From sequence record SRR20825006_1572: DNA of 38,882 nucleotides; one strand, given 5' to 3'. Made by a program: the position numbers and the translations under genes. Below, in pieces: positions 35,004 through 38,882 of the stretch. Position 1 is the first letter of the stretch, and every line of letters starts with the position of its first letter. Below the pieces are notes generated by a model. That model was given only the letters and a program-made list of their open reading frames with translations. It was not told the origin of the DNA and did not search any database.

Positions 35004-38000
35004 TCAGTTCGAGGATTCTAGTGTTGGATCAACCTCTTCAAAGTAGAAGTCGTACCACGCGCGTTCTCGCATCTTCTTTCCGATTGGCATGCCTTTGGGC
35101 GATAATTCGGATGTCCAGGATGCCAAGCTAGCGTGAAGCTTGTTAGCGAGTTCTGGATATTCTTCCGCGAGATTGCGATGTTCGTGTTGATCGCTTTCCA
35201 GATCGAAAAGGAAGCGACGACCATTGCCAACGAAGATGTATTTCCACTTGCCACGGCGAATCGCAGCTTGATCCCAGAACCGGAAATACAACGTTCGGGT
35301 GGGTGGATTTTGGATGTCGTTCAATCGAGGTATCAGATCGATGCCGTCGAAGACTGCGTCACCGGACGGGAGTTCTCCGCCGGCGAGTTTCAAAACACTC
35401 GGTGCGATGTCCAATGCACTGACCGGCCAGTCGTAGGTGATTCCGCTGGGCAATTGAGTGGGCAGGCTCCAAATCATTGGCACGCGGATGCCGCCTTCGG
35501 AAAGCATTCCTTTTTCGCCGACCCAAGGATCGTTGAGTGATCCGTCCCAACCACCTGCGTCGCCGTTGATGGGTGAGTCGGTCTTTGTCATTTTCAGCGG
35601 TGCACCGTTGTCGCTGGTCATGACGATCAATGTGTTGTCGAGCACTCCTTCTGCTTTCAACTGGTCGACGATTTGACCCACGCCGTCGTCAATCGCTGAG
35701 ATCATCGCCAACGCGTAGCGACGTCGCTCCGGCATCGGTCCGGGAAAACGATCGAGATATTTCTGAGTTGCTTCTAATGGCGTGTGCGGACCGTAGTAAT
35801 TCAGCTGCAAGTAGAACGGCTGATCATGATTGCGTTGAATGAACTTGACCGCCGCATTGGTTTGGACATCAATGCGAAAACGCTCGTCATGAATCGGTTT
35901 CATTTCTGCGAGCAACTCACCCGAGGTGAGGTCAAAGTTGGTGCGATAATTTGTTCGCTCGCCCCAATAATATTCGTCAAAACCTTGTTGCGACGGTGAA
36001 TAGGGTTCGATTTTGTTCCATGGAATCCGGACCTTGCGTCTGGGTTTATCAGCCATCGCCGGCAATTCGCGACGTATCCAATCGATACAGGTGACATTGG
36101 GTTCCAAGTGCCATTTGCCGACGAAGCCGGTTTTGTAGCCTTTGGGTTGCAAGTGTTCGGCGATGGTCACCGCATTGGTCGGCAGCGGCATGTCCGGGAT
36201 GGTGTCAATGCCGAGACGTTGTTGGTACCGACCAGTGATCAATCCGGCACGCGATGGGCTGCACTGGGGGGCGGTCACATAGGCGTTGGTGCAGCGAACT
36301 CCGCGTGCGGCCAAGCCATCAATGTGTGGTGTCTGAATATCGTCGACCTCGTTCTGACAACTCAGATCGGCCCAGCCTTGATCGTCGGTGAGGATGATGA
36401 CCACATTGGGTTTGCTGGCGGGAATGACCGCTTGAGCCGTCCGGTCGCCAATTTGGAAGTAACCAAGTTGTTTGTCTCCATCGGATTCTTTTACCATCCA
36501 AATGGCGCCCGGTCGGGTCGATTGGGTTTTCGTTTGCCCTGGCTGAATCAGACCATAAGACTTTGGCTTTGATTTGGCATCGATCCAGCACAATTCGACT
36601 GGACCACGCTGTTGGTTGATGAAGTGCACCGGAAACGGGTTTCCGTCGGGCTTGGACGCGGGGATGCCTCCCTCGGGGATCGTGCGGAAGGTTAGTTTCG
36701 CGAGTGACTTCACCGACGGTTCGATACGTTTCGCGAATTTTGTCGGTGATGTTGAATGGAACTGGGCGAGTTGTTCAGACGACTCTGGTTTCGTTGCCAA
36801 ATTGTTCCATTCGTAGGGATCGGCTTCGATGTTGTAGAGCTCTTCGCTTCCGTCTTGATAGTGAATGTATCGATGAGTCCGACCGCTCACGGCGTAGGCG
36901 CCGGGTTGAGACAGGTAGGTGATCGAGTTGTGTTTCCAAGTGTCGGTCTTTGGTTCCTTCAGCAAAGGCAGAAGACTTGGCCCATCATTGACAGGATTGG
37001 AGGGCAATTGACAAAGGTCGAGCACAGTCGGAAAGAGGCTGAGTAGATTCACCGGAGCATCACAACGGGCTCCAATCGGCGTGCCGTTCGGGAGCGACGG
37101 ACTGGATGTTTTTGGAACTCGAATCATCAATGGGACACGAGTAACACCTCGCCACGGCGTGTACTTTTGCCAATGCTCTTTTTCACCCAGTTGCCAACCG
37201 TGATCCGACCAAAGCACGACGATGGTGTTGTCGGCATTCGGTCCAGACTCCAATGCATCTAACACGCGACCGAGCATCGCATCGGCAAAGTGGATGGAAG
37301 CGAGATAGCCTTGGATGCCCTGTTTCCATTGGTCCTGTTTTTGGATGTGGGCAAAGTAGCGATTGCGTGCAGCACGCTGTCCAATCGGAGGGACGTCATC
37401 CAAGTCATTCTCGAGGTATCCCGGTGGGAGCTGGATCGAGTCGAGAGGAAAAGGTTCGAAGTATTTCTTCGGTACGAACCAAGGTTCATGTGGCCGATAG
37501 ATTCCGCAACCGAGGAAGAACGGTTGATCATGCTTTTGTTGTAGTTGTTCGCCGATCCATTGGCTGACCGCCCAGTCGCCACCGAACTCTTCATCTGTCA
37601 CGTCGAGTGCCGCCCAGTCCGTTTCGACGTATTGCCATGGTCCGCCGCGTTTCAGATTGACGGGGCGTTGTGAAGGATAGAAAGTTTGTGGGAAAGGATT
37701 CTCGGATTCCGCTTTGGGGAAATATTCATCCCAGGATGCGGCGTCAATGAAGTAATGCAGCAGTTTGCCCGATCCCGAAGCGTGATAACCATGGTTCCTC
37801 ATGTATTGAGGCAAGATGACATCGTCCGGCATGACCTCACGCATTTGTTGGCGATTGTCATACAGGCCCGATTGGTTGGGAGCTCTTCCGGTGAAGACAG
37901 CCGAGCGGCAAGGGTTGCAAGCGGGGGCGGGGCAATGAGCGTTGGTGAAGAGAATGCCGCTGGCCGCCAATCGGTCCAAATTGGGTGTGATGGTTTGCGG

Positions 38001-38153
38001 ATGGCCCCCCAAGCAACCGATCCAATCATTCAAGTCGTCCATTGCGATGAACAGGACGTTCGGACCCGATGGTGTCGGCGGTGAGTCCGCGAAAGTTGAC
38101 GACGCGGCCAACAAAATCCAAATCATCGAAGCGAGCAAAAGGCGATGCATCAT
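35004..38153 (-). CDS. Secreted tandem sulfatase with a central VHL-beta-like domain
   Basis: Signal peptide; sulfatase 1 (PNVLFIAMDDLN, CNPCR, WSDHG, EELYN..ADP); VHL-like VHFINQQRGPVELCWID...YGLIQPGQ...QSTRPGAIWMV; sulfatase 2 (KPNVVIILTDD, CSPSR, GKWH, SDNG, EGGIRVP). Confidence 0.9.
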   Translation of the reverse strand: MMHRLLLASMIWILLAASSTFADSPPTPSGPNVLFIAMDDLNDWIGCLGGHPQTITPNLDRLAASGILFTNAHCPAPACNPCRSAVFTGRAPNQSGLYDNRQQMREVMPDDVILPQYMRNHGYHASGSGKLLHYFIDAASWDEYFPKAESENPFPQTFYPSQRPVNLKRGGPWQYVETDWAALDVTDEEFGGDWAVSQWIGEQLQQKHDQPFFLGCGIYRPHEPWFVPKKYFEPFPLDSIQLPPGYLENDLDDVPPIGQRAARNRYFAHIQKQDQWKQGIQGYLASIHFADAMLGRVLDALESGPNADNTIVVLWSDHGWQLGEKEHWQKYTPWRGVTRVPLMIRVPKTSSPSLPNGTPIGARCDAPVNLLSLFPTVLDLCQLPSNPVNDGPSLLPLLKEPKTDTWKHNSITYLSQPGAYAVSGRTHRYIHYQDGSEELYNIEADPYEWNNLATKPESSEQLAQFHSTSPTKFAKRIEPSVKSLAKLTFRTIPEGGIPASKPDGNPFPVHFINQQRGPVELCWIDAKSKPKSYGLIQPGQTKTQSTRPGAIWMVKESDGDKQLGYFQIGDRTAQAVIPASKPNVVIILTDDQGWADLSCQNEVDDIQTPHIDGLAARGVRCTNAYVTAPQCSPSRAGLITGRYQQRLGIDTIPDMPLPTNAVTIAEHLQPKGYKTGFVGKWHLEPNVTCIDWIRRELPAMADKPRRKVRIPWNKIEPYSPSQQGFDEYYWGERTNYRTNFDLTSGELLAEMKPIHDERFRIDVQTNAAVKFIQRNHDQPFYLQLNYYGPHTPLEATQKYLDRFPGPMPERRRYALAMISAIDDGVGQIVDQLKAEGVLDNTLIVMTSDNGAPLKMTKTDSPINGDAGGWDGSLNDPWVGEKGMLSEGGIRVPMIWSLPTQLPSGITYDWPVSALDIAPSVLKLAGGELPSGDAVFDGIDLIPRLNDIQNPPTRTLYFRFWDQAAIRRGKWKYIFVGNGRRFLFDLESDQHEHRNLAEEYPELANKLHASLASWTSELSPKGMPIGKKMRERAWYDFYFEEVDPTLESSN

Positions 38154-38456
38154 CGCGAATCTTTCGGGGCGCGAGAAAACGGGCGTGGGTGTTGAGAACC
38201 GATCGTAACTGGTTCATCGAGACAGAATGAACGTTGCAATCGATCATTGGTCTCCGGGAAAGTCCGGGTGCAGGTGTCGATGATACAATGCGGCCGTCAT
38301 CGCTGTTTTGTTTCGATTCGTGACAGCGGACAAACTGCCGCTATCCAGGGATTATGCTGCAATGCGATGACGTTCCATCGCAGGACGCGAAGGCGGATTG
38401 CTATGCGTCGCCTGTGACTATTCCCATCTGCATCATTTACTTTTGATAGGCAAACC

Positions 38457-38873
38457 ATGAAACGCAGTCCCCACGCTTCCTTTGTCCTGATCTTTGCTGC
38501 GACGATCGTTGCCATGAATTGTCCCTTCAGCAACGACTTGTCGGCACAGGATTCTGCGTCATCGGACGTTGAATCTGCGTCGCAGATTCAGGTGGAGCCG
38601 GGCCAGCAGTCTGAGAATTTCTTTGTCATTCCTGAACCCACTGAAGGTCGGCCGGATAAGCTTCCGTTCTTGCTTTACACACCTAGTAACTACCAAGCCG
38701 GGCAGAAGGTTCCGATGCTGTTGTTTTTGCATGGGTTGGGCGAAAGCGGTGATGGGAATTTCAAGCAACTGGCCGTTCACGGGCCACCCAAACGAGTCGC
38801 GAAGGAAGGAAAGGAGTTTCCGTTCGTGATCGTGTCACCTCAAAGTCCCAAGCGGGTGCAGTCGGTCTGGTAG
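38457..38873 (+). pseudogene. Truncated secreted alpha/beta-fold esterase/peptidase (N-terminal half only)
   Basis: Signal peptide, FLLYTPSNY...PMLLFLHGLGE...FPFVIVSPQSP, then TAG at 38871 before any GxSxG nucleophile motif. The stop is 9 nt from the window end. Confidence 0.6.
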
Positions 38874-38882
38874 CAAGCGATT

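Noticed and set aside
34882-35021. Intergenic stretch starting TAGCTGGAT as a possible REP/MITE
   Set aside because: No matching inverted end or second copy is present in the window, so it cannot be supported without a genome search.
38300-38440. Several short stems (e.g. TGCGATG-N6-CATCGCA at 38363-38382) as a riboswitch or ncRNA
   Set aside because: The stems are short, and I recognise no conserved riboswitch motif. An Rfam/Infernal search would be needed.
1-38882. CRISPR arrays, tRNA/rRNA genes, integrases or transposases
   Set aside because: I found no regularly spaced repeats, cloverleaf-like sequences or recombinase motifs by eye.

Overview
GC-rich bacterial window whose gene content points to a planctomycete, most likely Rhodopirellula/Pirellulaceae (DUF1549/DUF1553, DUF1501, planctomycete cytochrome c-WD40, SHD1 domain, several sulfatases, ECF sigma/FecR pair). 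This taxon is inferred from protein families, not from a search. About 26 CDS in blocks: (1) 24-11844, an extended-SDR reductase, an SHD1/propeller protein and the conserved DUF1549/1553-DUF1501-PPC-cytochrome c/WD40 module; (2) 11915-16659, two tandem RlaP-type (PF10127-like) Pol-beta nucleotidyltransferases divergent from a bacterial PARG (TIGR02452), next to a SWIM zinc-finger gene. This is the best candidate for an uncharacterised nucleic-acid repair or conflict system; (3) 16723-25249, redox genes: an HxlR-regulated QOR/LLM/SDR operon and a Cys-rich GAF sigma54 activator with three visible UAS palindromes and a -24/-12 promoter driving AhpD-like, DUF1348 and alpha/beta-hydrolase genes; (4) 25262-31665, an ECF sigma/FecR pair and a giant sulfatase fusion, with two back-to-back copies of one promoter motif (ATGTCCAA-N13-GGYTATTT); (5) 31733-34884, arsD-arsA-PhyH dioxygenase with operator-like repeats but no arsR/arsB/arsC; (6) 35004-38153, a sulfatase-VHL-like-sulfatase fusion; (7) a truncated esterase/peptidase at the right edge. 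No rRNA, tRNA, CRISPR array or transposase was seen. All family calls come from motif recognition by eye.
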